Assembly: GCA_039033735.1 (NCBI GenBank)
Contig: JBCCCA010000001.1
Location: 1-43,773 of the forward strand
DNA from: Pseudomonadota bacterium
Lineage (GTDB): Bacteria; Pseudomonadota; Alphaproteobacteria; Rhodobacterales; Rhodobacteraceae
DNA: 43,773 nt
Direction: 5' to 3'
Shown here one piece after another: positions 28,210 to 38,173 of the stretch; the first letter of the stretch is position 1; every line of letters starts with the position of its first letter. The notes beneath the pieces are model-generated. The model saw nothing but the letters and a program-made list of their open reading frames with translations, was not told the DNA's origin and ran no database searches. The translations under genes were made by a program, and so were the position numbers.

Positions 28210-29463
28210 GTGAAAAAGACTCTTATCTCTAGCGTTTCAGTATTGTCGCTCTGCGCTCTTGCTGGTGCGGCATCTGCTGAAACTTTGAAAGTGGGTGTTC
28301 TTGCGACACTCGAAGGAACCTATACCCAATTGGGCGAAGACGGTGTGCGCGGCGTGAAAACCGCGCTGGAAAAAGCTGGCTATTCAGCGGGTGGTCGCGA
28401 CATCGAAATCATTATCCAGTCGACAGATACCAGCCCTGACAGCGCGGTGCGCGGCGCGCGCAAGCTTGTCGAGCAAGATGGTGTTGAAATTGTCGTTGGT
28501 CCGCTGTCGGGGTCTGAGGGTATCGCCATCCGCGACTTCTCCAAGACTGCACCTCAGGTGACTTTTATCAACGGGTCGTCCGGTGCGCTTGAAACCACTT
28601 ATGTGGATCCATCCGAAAACTTCTTCCGGTTCAACACAGAAGGCGGCCAATGGTCTGTTGGTCTTGGCGACTACGTGTTCAACGAGAAGGGCTGGGAAAC
28701 AGTTGCGACCGTAGGCGAGGACTATTCCTTTGTTTATACGCAGGTTATGGGCTTCACGATCGACTACTGCAAAGCCGGTGGCGAAGTTACCGAAGCACTT
28801 TGGGTCCCACTTGGGACAAAGGACTTCGGATCGATCATCGCATCGCTGCCTGATGATGTGGATGCGATCTATCTGGGTCTGGGTGGCGGTGATGCCGTCA
28901 ACTTCCTTAATCAGTACCAGCAGGCAGGGGGCGATGCGAACCTGATTGGTGGCACGATTATGGTGAATGGTGACGTTCTCAACTCCAAAGGAGACGCCAA
29001 GAACGCCCTGATCGGCACACCCTCTTCCGGCCCACAGGCTGACACGTCGGATACACCTGCGTGGAAGGAATACGTGAAGCTCTATCAGGACACATTCGCG
29101 CCTGAAGATCGCTTCCCGTCTCCATCGCTGTTGGCAACGACGTACTACAACGCGACATCTGCCATGTTGGCATGTGTTGATCAGACCGGCGGCAACTTTG
29201 GCGATGGACAGGCCGATCTACGCTCCTGCCTTTCTACTTTGGAGTTGGACAGCCCCACCGGCAAAATCGTACTCGACGAAAACCGCCAGGCGATCGCCAC
29301 CACCTTTGTCAACGAAGTCGTCGAAATGGATGACGGAACGCTGGCGAATGCGATGGTCGCAAAATACGACAACGTGACGCAAACGCTGGGTCTCGACAAA
29401 GCTGCATTCGATGCGCTTGGTCTGCCGTCGCGTGAACTGCCCGAGTGTAAAACCTCATACTAA
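28210..29463 (+). CDS. Liv/HAAT-family (Peripla_BP_6-like) periplasmic substrate-binding protein
   Basis: Signal peptide VKKTLISSVSVLSLCALAGAASAE and LKVGVLATLEGTY. GTG at 28210 is preceded by GGGAGGAA. Confidence 0.8.
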   Translation: MKKTLISSVSVLSLCALAGAASAETLKVGVLATLEGTYTQLGEDGVRGVKTALEKAGYSAGGRDIEIIIQSTDTSPDSAVRGARKLVEQDGVEIVVGPLSGSEGIAIRDFSKTAPQVTFINGSSGALETTYVDPSENFFRFNTEGGQWSVGLGDYVFNEKGWETVATVGEDYSFVYTQVMGFTIDYCKAGGEVTEALWVPLGTKDFGSIIASLPDDVDAIYLGLGGGDAVNFLNQYQQAGGDANLIGGTIMVNGDVLNSKGDAKNALIGTPSSGPQADTSDTPAWKEYVKLYQDTFAPEDRFPSPSLLATTYYNATSAMLACVDQTGGNFGDGQADLRSCLSTLELDSPTGKIVLDENRQAIATTFVNEVVEMDDGTLANAMVAKYDNVTQTLGLDKAAFDALGLPSRELPECKTSY

Positions 29464-29473
29464 GTAACAGACC

Positions 29474-29503
29474 GAGCGGCCCGGACGTGATGCTGGGCCG
29501 CTC
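29474..29503 (+). terminator. Intercistronic GC-rich hairpin after the binding-protein gene (attenuator/mRNA-stability element or weak terminator)
   Basis: A perfect 9-bp stem (GAGCGGCCC / GGGCCGCTC) encloses a 12-nt loop, 11 nt after the stop codon. No U-tract follows. Confidence 0.45.
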
Positions 29504-29541
29504 ACATTGCAACACTCGATAACCATCACAGTCTGTGTACC

Positions 29542-30603
29542 ATGACCCTGATCACGATGCACTCGCGCATCCACTTTGCCAGCAACATCCTGGAGGAGGC
29601 TCTTCGGGCCGAGATCGACGACCGGCGTCCTGTGGCCCCAGTCCTGATCTATCCCGATGCCTTGGACGGGAGCGAGTTCCTCTCTCGCGTCGAGGAAGGG
29701 CTGCTGAGTTGCAACAAGGTGCACCACTGCATGATCGCACCCAAGCAAACGAAGTATGACACTGCCGATCTTGTCATGGCTTATGCCGACAAGCATGCCG
29801 TTGATCTGATCATCGCCATGGGCAGCGCCGAAGCTGTCATTCATGGTCGCAAGTGCCGCCATGCGATTGGCATGTCACGATATGCTGCCACCACGTGGCC
29901 CGAACGCGGCGTCTTGCAGCATCAGGAGCTTGGGCCTGAATTCTTCATTATTCCCGGCATCACCGGCCTTCCGGACCCTTGTCTGGACACGACGGGCACG
30001 CAAAGGCTCAAGGGAACGCCGCCCACGGTCATCATTTGCGACCCCACTGTCATTGAGAAGGCACAGGAGGCCGAACTGGCGCGCACCATTGCCCAAACCG
30101 TCGGGCGCTGCATGACTGTGTTGACGGCTGATACATTCAATCCGCTGGCAGACGGGCTGGCCATTGACGCGTTGACCCGCATTCACAGCGGAAAAGACAG
30201 CCGCAATCCGCGCGATCTGATGGCCGCCATGTTGAACGGCGCTATTGCGCAGCAAAAAGGGCCCGGCTTCGTTGAAGCGTTTGGCTATAGTTTTGTCAAA
30301 GCCACCGGTCGCGCTGTGGACAGTGCACTGCTGCACCGGGTGCTTTTGGCCCGCATGCTGGCCTCGGAAAAATCCAGCAATCACGAGGTAATCGGTCGGG
30401 TTCTGGGATTGCCAAAGGAGGTGAAAATAGCCGATTTCATTGATAACTTCTGGCAAGAGTTCACACTTCCCGACAATCTGCGTGACATCGGCATGGAGTG
30501 GGAAGAAGTCTCGGAGACACTTGATTTCATGGAGCCCCGCTTTGGCGCGCCACAGATTGGGTCCTCCTGGGAAGTCCGTCAGATGCTGGCCGAGGCGTAT
30601 TGA
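29542..30603 (+). CDS. Iron-containing-alcohol-dehydrogenase-fold protein with apparently degenerate cofactor motifs
   Basis: Length and layout resemble Fe-ADH/DHQS-like proteins. The segment IIAMGSAEAVIHGRK occupies the position of the GGGSxxD NAD motif. No obvious SD. An alternative ATG lies five codons downstream. Confidence 0.5.
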   Translation: MTLITMHSRIHFASNILEEALRAEIDDRRPVAPVLIYPDALDGSEFLSRVEEGLLSCNKVHHCMIAPKQTKYDTADLVMAYADKHAVDLIIAMGSAEAVIHGRKCRHAIGMSRYAATTWPERGVLQHQELGPEFFIIPGITGLPDPCLDTTGTQRLKGTPPTVIICDPTVIEKAQEAELARTIAQTVGRCMTVLTADTFNPLADGLAIDALTRIHSGKDSRNPRDLMAAMLNGAIAQQKGPGFVEAFGYSFVKATGRAVDSALLHRVLLARMLASEKSSNHEVIGRVLGLPKEVKIADFIDNFWQEFTLPDNLRDIGMEWEEVSETLDFMEPRFGAPQIGSSWEVRQMLAEAY

Positions 30604-30618
30604 TCGGCAAGGAAACGC

Positions 30619-32049
30619 ATGAAGCAGAATTACATAAATGGCCAATGGGTGGGCAGCAAAACAGCGACACCCAATATAAATCCGTCGAACACGGATGACA
30701 TCATAGATCACTACGCGACTGCTGGGCGCGCCGAGACGGAACAGGCGGTAGATGCCGCTGCGCGCGCCTTTCAAAGCTGGCGGTTTTCCAATCCTCAAAC
30801 GCGCCACGATTGCCTAAAGGCGGTTGGCGACGGGATCATGGCGCGTGTTGACGAGATTGCGCAGATGCTGGCGCGCGAAGAGGGCAAAATCCTGCGTGAG
30901 GCGCGTGGAGAGACCGAACGCGCGGCGCGGATATTCTACTTTTTTGCAGGCGAGGCGTTGCGGTTGGCAGGCGAGTTGATGGCTTCTGTCCGACCCGGTG
31001 TTTCGGTCGAAGTGACGCGGGAGCCTGTTGGACCTGTGGGATTGATAACGCCGTGGAACTTTCCGATTGCGATCCCGGCTTGGAAAATTGCGCCCGCCTT
31101 GTGTTACGGCAACACGGTCATCTTGAAGCCGGCCGAACTGGTGCCCGGTTCAGCGTGGCTGCTAACCGAAATTATCGCCGAATCCGGCCTTCCGGATGGT
31201 GTCTTTAATCTGTTGATGGGTCCAGGCGCCGTGGTCGGCCAAAGCCTGCTGGATGCGCCGGGCGTCCGGGCGATCAGCTTTACCGGTTCGACCGCGACCG
31301 GTGCAAGGGTGGCCGAGGCGTCGGTGCGGTTGGGCCGAAAGTTCCAACTGGAGATGGGCGGAAAGAACCCGCTTGTGGTGCTGGACGATGCGGATGTCGA
31401 AGTCGCAGCAGCTGCCGCATTGGATGGGGCATTCTTTTCGACCGGCCAGCGTTGTACTGCGTCTTCAAGACTAATTGTCACCGAAGGCATTCATGGTCGC
31501 TTCGTTGAAGTGTTGACTGAAAAGGTTAGGGCCATGAAAGTTGGACCCGCTCTTGATCCGACCTCAAACATGGGGCCCGTCGTCGACCAAACGCAGCTAG
31601 ATCAGGACCTCGGTTTCATTGACGGCGCGCGGCGCGATGGGGCCAATTTGCGTGCAGGCGGCAATCTTGTGTCCTGTGAGACGCCTGGGTTCTTCCTTGA
31701 GCCGACCCTGTTTACAGACACCGACCCCATGATGCGGATCAATCGGGAAGAGGTGTTTGGCCCGGTCGCTTGCGTGATCCGTGCCATCGATTATGATGCG
31801 GCCTTGGCTTTGGCAAATGATACCGAGTTTGGCCTTACAGCAGGTATTTGCACCACGTCCTTGAAGTATGCGCAGCACTTCAAAGCGAACGCACAGGCGG
31901 GTATGGTGATGGTGAATTTGCCCACGGCAGGCGTTGATTATCACGTGCCCTTTGGGGGAACAAAAGGGTCAAGTTTCGGCCCTCGTGAGCAAGGGCGCTA
32001 CGCGGCGGAATTCTTCACAACCGTGAAAACATCCTATGTGAACCCCTGA
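30619..32049 (+). CDS. NAD(P)-dependent aldehyde dehydrogenase (KGSADH/semialdehyde-dehydrogenase-like subgroup)
   Basis: FTGSTATG, LEMGGKNP, catalytic GQRCTASSR and EEVFGPV motifs. Confidence 0.9.
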   Translation: MKQNYINGQWVGSKTATPNINPSNTDDIIDHYATAGRAETEQAVDAAARAFQSWRFSNPQTRHDCLKAVGDGIMARVDEIAQMLAREEGKILREARGETERAARIFYFFAGEALRLAGELMASVRPGVSVEVTREPVGPVGLITPWNFPIAIPAWKIAPALCYGNTVILKPAELVPGSAWLLTEIIAESGLPDGVFNLLMGPGAVVGQSLLDAPGVRAISFTGSTATGARVAEASVRLGRKFQLEMGGKNPLVVLDDADVEVAAAAALDGAFFSTGQRCTASSRLIVTEGIHGRFVEVLTEKVRAMKVGPALDPTSNMGPVVDQTQLDQDLGFIDGARRDGANLRAGGNLVSCETPGFFLEPTLFTDTDPMMRINREEVFGPVACVIRAIDYDAALALANDTEFGLTAGICTTSLKYAQHFKANAQAGMVMVNLPTAGVDYHVPFGGTKGSSFGPREQGRYAAEFFTTVKTSYVNP

Positions 32050-32183
32050 TCAAGGCGGTCATTCATACCCAATCGTCTCTTTTTGGGCGATTTGATTTGC
32101 CAAGATAGCGACTGCTATTGTCTACTTTCAGCGTCTCCATACGCTTCTCTCAGAAGGACGCGGTGGGGCCTGGGAGGACAAAA

Positions 32184-32996
32184 ATGAGTAAAGCTTTGGC
32201 AGTGGGCCACGGCTCGTACGGACGCGCGGCGCTGTACGATCTGGATCGCCCCATTACCACACATGCGCATCGCGAAGGCCACCTTATTTTCTATGTTGGA
32301 GGAGACACACCGCGCATGCGCGTCGGCTCGGATGAAATCATCTGTAACAGTGACACCGCGGCAGCTGTCAGCCCTTGGATGCCTCATTCATTTGAATCCA
32401 ATCAGCGTTGTCTGTCCCTGACGCTTTACATCAAACCGATGTGGTTTCTCGAGAATACCAATTCATCTGATTTTGCACTGAACTTCGGGCGTACATTGCT
32501 GAAGCTCACACCCGAAATCCAGACGACCGTTGCCAAGCTGACGCATCAAATGATGACAGATATCTACGACGCAAGCGTCGAGCATCTGCTGATCGAACTG
32601 ACATCCCTGTGCTATGCCTTGTCGTGGCGTAACATCAAGGCCCCTGCCTTTGACGCGAACACTATGCGCAGCAGTGACTTTCGCATTCGCCGTTCGCAGA
32701 AACTGATGGTGAATTACTTGTCCGACCACGAGGGTCTGGACCATCTCGCGCGCGAGGTCGGACTGTCGCGGCCACATTTCTTCAAGCTTTTCAAAAAGCA
32801 GGCCGGTGTGACGCCGAACGTTTATTTCAACACGCTGCGGTCAGAACGGGCGATTGCAGACCTGATGGAAACCGATAAGTCCGTGACCGAGATCGCTTAT
32901 GATTTGGGCTTTGCAAGCCAGGCGTCTTTTACGCGGTTCTTCTCTCATAATGTGGGAATTGCGCCGTCAGATTACCAACGGGTGGCGCGCCAGTAG
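32184..32996 (+). CDS. AraC-family transcriptional regulator
   Basis: C-terminal double HTH (LAREVGLSRPHFFKLFKKQAGVTPNVYFN, IAYDLGFASQASFTRFFSHNVGIAPSDYQ). The ATG at 32184 is preceded by GGGAGGA. Confidence 0.85.
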   Translation: MSKALAVGHGSYGRAALYDLDRPITTHAHREGHLIFYVGGDTPRMRVGSDEIICNSDTAAAVSPWMPHSFESNQRCLSLTLYIKPMWFLENTNSSDFALNFGRTLLKLTPEIQTTVAKLTHQMMTDIYDASVEHLLIELTSLCYALSWRNIKAPAFDANTMRSSDFRIRRSQKLMVNYLSDHEGLDHLAREVGLSRPHFFKLFKKQAGVTPNVYFNTLRSERAIADLMETDKSVTEIAYDLGFASQASFTRFFSHNVGIAPSDYQRVARQ

Positions 32997-33159
32997 TCCC
33001 AAGAATTTGCGACAACGTGGAACTGTCTGAGACTTCTGGATACGCGCGGGGCGCGACAGGGGCGCTACTGTTTGGCCAGTGCATGACCTTGGAAGAGCAA
33101 GGACGGCGCCCGGAGGAGACAATGTCAGTTAACTTGTATCGCCGACAAGGAAGTCATTC

Positions 33160-34179
33160 GTGAGGGACTTTATTGAGCGTCACTCAATTTGGTCTGCAAT
33201 CATTGCGCTTGTTGCGTTGGTCTTGCTTTACCTCATCTTTGCGATCTGGCCGGAATGGTTGATTGACGCCATTGGGCGCAAGAAGGTCTTCTTGAACGCA
33301 TTGTTCAACGGTATCACTCTGGGTGGTCTCTATTTCCTAGTGGCCTCGGGGTTCACACTGATCTTTGGGCTGATGCGCAATGTGAATATGGCGCATGGAG
33401 GTCTATACCTGCTGGGCGGGTATATCGGATTTTTTGTGGCCGATGCGACCGGGTCTTGGCTTTTGGCGTTTCCAGTTGCGTTTCTGGTCGCCGGTTTTCT
33501 GGGCGTCATTCTGCAGCTTACGGTGTTTCGCCGGATGGAAGGACAGGATCTGCGCCAGACGCTGGTGACGATCGGTATCTCAATCGTGCTGGCGGACTTG
33601 ATGCTATGGGGCGTTGGCGGGGACTTTTACAATATAAACCCGCCCAGCTGGTTGTCGGGTCCGATGGAAACCGGTTTGGTGACATCCCAACGTGTGCGTT
33701 CGTCCGGTGAGGTCGTCACGTCTTATCTCAAGTATCCGATGGTACGGATCGTGATTTTCCTGGCTTCGGTGGCGATTGGGCTGGCGATGTGGCTGGTTCT
33801 GAACAAGACCCGGGTCGGTATGTTGATCCGGGCTGGCGTCGATGACCGCGACATGCTGAGCGCTACAGGCGCGCGCATTCAGCTGGTGTTTGTGGGCGTT
33901 TTCTTTTTCGGCGCAGGTCTGGCGGGGTTGGCCGGTGTGGTGGGGGCCACGTTTCAATCTGCCGCCCCGGGCGAGGATACAAGGTTCCTGCTTGCCTCGC
34001 TTGTCGTGGTAATCGTAGGGGGGATGGGGTCGATCCCCGGCGCCGCTCTTGGCGCATTGTTGATCGGTCTGGCCGAGCAATTCGGCTCCGTCTACTTCCC
34101 AACCTACGCGGTTGTGCTGACATTCCTAATCATGGTGGCGGTGCTGGCGTTCCGCCCCCAGGGTTTGATGGGCCGGTGA
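33160..34179 (+). CDS. Liv/HAAT-family ABC permease (LivH-like) with a ~45-aa N-terminal extension
   Basis: LFNGITLGGLYFLVASGFTLIFGLMRNVNMAHG is typical of LivH. GTG start preceded by AAGGAAG. Confidence 0.85.
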   Translation: MRDFIERHSIWSAIIALVALVLLYLIFAIWPEWLIDAIGRKKVFLNALFNGITLGGLYFLVASGFTLIFGLMRNVNMAHGGLYLLGGYIGFFVADATGSWLLAFPVAFLVAGFLGVILQLTVFRRMEGQDLRQTLVTIGISIVLADLMLWGVGGDFYNINPPSWLSGPMETGLVTSQRVRSSGEVVTSYLKYPMVRIVIFLASVAIGLAMWLVLNKTRVGMLIRAGVDDRDMLSATGARIQLVFVGVFFFGAGLAGLAGVVGATFQSAAPGEDTRFLLASLVVVIVGGMGSIPGAALGALLIGLAEQFGSVYFPTYAVVLTFLIMVAVLAFRPQGLMGR

Positions 34180-34183
34180 CGAC

Positions 34184-35236
34184 ATGGCTCTGAGCGAAAC
34201 AACGACATCCCCAAACGAGGACACAAAGGTCTGGATCGAACGGGTCCCGGCACCTTACTGGATCGTCGGTGTGATCCTTTTGATCATCCCGTCCTTCGCG
34301 TCCGACTTTGTTATGTTCCAGATTTTCGGATGGACTTTCATTCTGGGGATGATCGCCACGTCGCTGATGTTTCTGGGCGGTTACGGGGGCATGGTGTCCC
34401 TGGCTCAAATGACTTTTGCAGGGGTCGCGGGCTATATGGTCGCGATCTTCGGCGAAAGCGCGATTGACACGATCTCGCTTGGATGGCCGTGGTATATTGC
34501 GATCCCGTTGGCCTTGATTATTGCGATGCTGTTTGCGACCGCGATCGGCTGGCTCGCCGTGCGCACTGAGGGCATCTACACGATAATGATCACCCTTGCG
34601 ATCGCGGCTGCGTTTTTCTACTTCACGCGCCAGAACTACGACATATTCAACGGCTTTCAGGGGTTTAATTCCGTCCTGCCCCCGCCACTGTTCGGTGTGG
34701 ATTGGCGGGGGCCCGAGGCGTTTTATTATCTGACACTGTTCTGGGCGGCTGCGACCTATTTTGCGGTGCTCTATCTGTCGCGTGCGCCATTTGGTCTTGC
34801 GTTGCAGGGGGTGCGAGACAATCCGCGACGCATGGCCGCCCTTGGCTACAACGTCACCGCCCACCGCGTTGCGGCCTATGCGTTTTCCGCCATCCCGGCC
34901 GGGGTGGGAGGCATCCTTCTGACGTGGCAATCGGCGCAGATCAGCCCAGGCACTGTGGGCATTCAACCGGCCATCGACATCCTGATCATCGCAGTGGTCG
35001 GTGGCCTCAGCCATCCGGTCGGCGCGTTTATCGGTGCGTTCCTTTACGTGGTGCTCAAGACCTTTGCCGTTGATTTCCTGATTGCCATCGGGCTGAGCGG
35101 GGACCGCTTTCAGCTGCTGATCGGCCTAGGCTTTTTGCTTGTCGTGGCATTCTCAGAAGACGGTCTGCTGGGACTTTGGAAGAAACTGCGGGACAGCCGC
35201 AAACGCGACCCTCTTACCGGTGAGGTGCGGGAATGA
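34184..35236 (+). CDS. Liv/HAAT-family ABC permease (LivM-like)
   Basis: Multi-TM protein carrying the LivM-type RDNPRRMAALGYN motif. Confidence 0.85.
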   Translation: MALSETTTSPNEDTKVWIERVPAPYWIVGVILLIIPSFASDFVMFQIFGWTFILGMIATSLMFLGGYGGMVSLAQMTFAGVAGYMVAIFGESAIDTISLGWPWYIAIPLALIIAMLFATAIGWLAVRTEGIYTIMITLAIAAAFFYFTRQNYDIFNGFQGFNSVLPPPLFGVDWRGPEAFYYLTLFWAAATYFAVLYLSRAPFGLALQGVRDNPRRMAALGYNVTAHRVAAYAFSAIPAGVGGILLTWQSAQISPGTVGIQPAIDILIIAVVGGLSHPVGAFIGAFLYVVLKTFAVDFLIAIGLSGDRFQLLIGLGFLLVVAFSEDGLLGLWKKLRDSRKRDPLTGEVRE

Positions 35237-36003
35237 ACGCGCACCCCAATACCGGAACACAAAACGCGCTGGAACTGCGCGGCATGTCCAAGCGGTTCGG
35301 TGCGCTGGCGGCACTGAGCGATATCGAGCTATCCGTGCGCCCCGGCGAGCGGCGCGCGGTTCTTGGCTCGAACGGCGCGGGCAAGACGACGTTGTTCAAT
35401 TGCATAACGGGGGATTTCCCGCCCTCTGAGGGGGCGATCCGCTTTTTTGGCGAGGATATCACGCGCTTTCCGGCCCATGAGCGCATCCGTCGTGGTCTGC
35501 GCCGAACCTATCAGATTTCACTGTTGTTCACTGGTCTGACTGTGATGGACAACGTCTATCTGTCCTGTCTTGGTGTTTCGCGAGGGCGGTTCTCGTTCCT
35601 GCGAGCGCGAAGGGACGACGCGCTTGTCGCCTCGGCCGAGGAGTTGGTTGAAACGGTCAATCTTTGGGATGTGCGCGACACGCTGGTTAACGAACTAAGC
35701 TATGGTCAGCAACGCCAGCTCGAGATTGCCATGGCCCTGTCTGGTGCGCCGCGTTTCATTTTGTTTGACGAACCCGCCGCCGGACTGTCGCCAACCGAAC
35801 GCAGCGAGCTGATCGAGATCCTGACCGGGCTGCCCGGTCATATGGGTTACATCATCATTGAACACGACATGGACGTGGCCCTGCGCGTTTCGGAGTTTGT
35901 GACCATGATGCATAACGGGCGCATCTTCAAAGAGGGCAAACCCGCAGAGATTGAAGAAGACCCCGAAGTCCAGGCGCTTTATCTGGGGGGCGGCGATGAG
36001 TAG
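35233..36003 (+). CDS. Liv/HAAT-family ABC ATP-binding protein (LivG-like)
   Basis: Walker A GSNGAGKTT, signature LSYGQQRQLEIA and Walker B ILFDEPAAGL. ATGA overlap with the permease gene. Confidence 0.9.
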   Translation: MNAHPNTGTQNALELRGMSKRFGALAALSDIELSVRPGERRAVLGSNGAGKTTLFNCITGDFPPSEGAIRFFGEDITRFPAHERIRRGLRRTYQISLLFTGLTVMDNVYLSCLGVSRGRFSFLRARRDDALVASAEELVETVNLWDVRDTLVNELSYGQQRQLEIAMALSGAPRFILFDEPAAGLSPTERSELIEILTGLPGHMGYIIIEHDMDVALRVSEFVTMMHNGRIFKEGKPAEIEEDPEVQALYLGGGDE

Positions 36004-38170
36004 TCCCAGCCTCGAAATCCGCGACCTCAATGTCTACTATGGCCAGTCCCATGCCTTGCAAGGTGTGAACCTGACGCTGGATCACGGCGTGCTTTCAGTC
36101 GTGGGGCGCAATGGCATGGGCAAGACCACCATGTGCAAGGCGATCATTGGGATGGAACCGATCGCGTCTGGGTCTATTTCGTTCAATGGCCAGTCTTTGG
36201 CGGGCATGGCGTCGTCCGAGATTGCGCGGGCCGGGATCGGATATGTGCCGCAAGGGCGCAGGCTGTGGCGCTCGTTGACGGTGGATGAACACCTCAGGCT
36301 GGTGGAGCGGCGCAGGGGTGCTTGGACGATCGAGCGCGTTTATAGTGTCTTTCCGCGTCTGGCAGAGCGCAAGTCAAATGGCGGTTGGCAATTGTCCGGG
36401 GGTGAACAGCAGATGCTGGCCATCGGACGCGCACTTTTGCTGAACCCCAAACTGCTTGTGATGGACGAGCCGACCGAAGGTCTGGCCCCAGTGATCGTCA
36501 ATCAAGTCGCCGAGATGCTGGTGCGTTTGGGCCAAGAGGGTGACATCGATGTGCTCGTGATCGAGCAGAACATCGGTGTTGCGTGCGACGTGGCGTCCGA
36601 TGTGGCGATTATGGTCAACGGAAGGATCAATCGCGTGATGGACAGTGCCACTCTGGCCGCTGACCGCGATTTGCAGCAAGCCCTTCTGGGCGTCGGACGT
36701 CATGCCCATGATGAAACAGATGGCGTGGCGATTGGCAGTCCAAAGGGTACGACGGATACCGAACGCGTCAAGCGGCAGGACAGCTATTCGGTGGCCCGCA
36801 TCTATGATGTGAACCCGACTGCCCCGACAAGGTGGAGCCCGGCCGTCCCGATCTCAATCCTTGAGGGCGCAGCACGCTCGGTCACCGAAACCCCCACAAC
36901 ATCTGGCGAGGTCGTTCCCATGGTCGCAACAAAGGCCCAGTCTGCGCGCGGTGCCGTTTATGTCTGTGGTACGTTTGACACCAAGGGACGCGAGCTGTCC
37001 TTTATGGCAGACATCATCAAGGCGCAGGGCCTGACCGTTAAAACCGTCGACCTGTCGACCACAAGCGGGCAATCCAGCGCCGATGTCCCGCCGCACGTCA
37101 TTGCCTCCAACCATCCGCGCGGAACCTCTGCCGTGTTTACCGGCGACCGTGGCACGGCGGTTGCCGGCATGACCACGGCGTTCGAGCGTTGGATCGCCCA
37201 GCAATCGGACATAGCTGGCCTTATCTCGGCCGGGGGCTCGGGGGGGACTGCGCTGGTGTCTCCTGCGTTTCGCGTGCCGCCGGTGGGCGTGCCCAAGATG
37301 ATCGTCTCAACCGTGGCCAGTGGCAGCACCGAACAATATGTCGGTCCTGCCGACATCGCGATGATGTATTCGGTTGCGGATGTGCAGGGCATCAACTCGA
37401 TCACACGTGAAGTGCTGGCCAATGGCGCCCATGCCATCGCAGGCATGGCCAAGGGGCGGTTGAATGCCAAGCCGACGGACGATGACAAACCGGCCATCGG
37501 CCTGACCATGTTTGGCGTGACGACGCCATGTGTGCAGCAGGTCGTCGCAAATCTGGAAAAGGACCATGACTGCCTTGTCTTCCATGCCACCGGGGTGGGC
37601 GGTCGATCCATGGAAAAACTGCTGGATAGCGGCATGTTGAAAGCGGTTCTTGATCTGACCACGACTGAAGTCTGCGACTATGTGGCGGGCGGTGTGTTCC
37701 CTGCGACAGAGGACCGTTTCGGGGCTTCGATCCGGTCGGGGCTGCCGTTTATCGGATCGTGCGGCGCGCTTGACATGGTGAATTTCGGAGCCCCCGACAC
37801 GGTGCCCGAGAAATATAACAACCGGCTGTTTTACGAACACAATCCGCAGATCACCTTGATGCGCACCACGCCTGAGGAAAATGTTGCCATGGGCCGTTTC
37901 ATCGCGGAGCGGTTGAACCAGATGACGGGGCCTGTGCGCTTTTTCTTGCCAGAAGGCGGAGTGAGCATGCTGGATGCCCGGGGCAAACCGTTCTGGGATC
38001 CCGATGCCAATAAAGCGCTGTTCGAGACACTTGAAAGCACAGTCAAACAAACGCCCAACCGCCAGTTGGTGCGCGTTCCCAATAACATCAATGACCCAGA
38101 ATTTGCGGAGCTGATCATTCGGACCTTCCGGTCGCTCAACGCAAAGTCTTCGCGGGCAAAAGGAGCCTAG
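35996..38170 (+). CDS. Fusion protein: LivF-type ABC ATPase (aa ~1-235), a ~85-aa linker, and a UPF0261 / Tm-1-like ATP-binding domain (aa ~320-724)
   Basis: The N-terminal part has GRNGMGKTT, LSGGEQQMLAIGRAL and LLVMDEPTEGLAP. The C-terminal part has UPF0261 hallmarks: GTFDTKGREL, GGSGGT, PKMIVSTVASG, FGVTTPC, FHATGVGGRSME, GALDMVNFG and TLMRTT. It is a single uninterrupted frame. The ATG at 35996 overlaps the livG-like stop by 8 nt. Confidence 0.8.
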   Translation: MSSPSLEIRDLNVYYGQSHALQGVNLTLDHGVLSVVGRNGMGKTTMCKAIIGMEPIASGSISFNGQSLAGMASSEIARAGIGYVPQGRRLWRSLTVDEHLRLVERRRGAWTIERVYSVFPRLAERKSNGGWQLSGGEQQMLAIGRALLLNPKLLVMDEPTEGLAPVIVNQVAEMLVRLGQEGDIDVLVIEQNIGVACDVASDVAIMVNGRINRVMDSATLAADRDLQQALLGVGRHAHDETDGVAIGSPKGTTDTERVKRQDSYSVARIYDVNPTAPTRWSPAVPISILEGAARSVTETPTTSGEVVPMVATKAQSARGAVYVCGTFDTKGRELSFMADIIKAQGLTVKTVDLSTTSGQSSADVPPHVIASNHPRGTSAVFTGDRGTAVAGMTTAFERWIAQQSDIAGLISAGGSGGTALVSPAFRVPPVGVPKMIVSTVASGSTEQYVGPADIAMMYSVADVQGINSITREVLANGAHAIAGMAKGRLNAKPTDDDKPAIGLTMFGVTTPCVQQVVANLEKDHDCLVFHATGVGGRSMEKLLDSGMLKAVLDLTTTEVCDYVAGGVFPATEDRFGASIRSGLPFIGSCGALDMVNFGAPDTVPEKYNNRLFYEHNPQITLMRTTPEENVAMGRFIAERLNQMTGPVRFFLPEGGVSMLDARGKPFWDPDANKALFETLESTVKQTPNRQLVRVPNNINDPEFAELIIRTFRSLNAKSSRAKGA

Positions 38171-38173
38171 CCA

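Noticed and set aside
29875-30807. 310-aa ORF antisense to the Fe-ADH-like and ALDH genes
   Set aside because: The Arg/Gly/Pro-rich translation has no family features and spans a sense-strand gene junction, so it is a shadow ORF.
34130-35014. 294-aa ORF antisense to the LivM-like permease
   Set aside because: The highly charged R/D/H/G-rich translation is inconsistent with a real protein, and the sense strand encodes a clean multi-TM permease.
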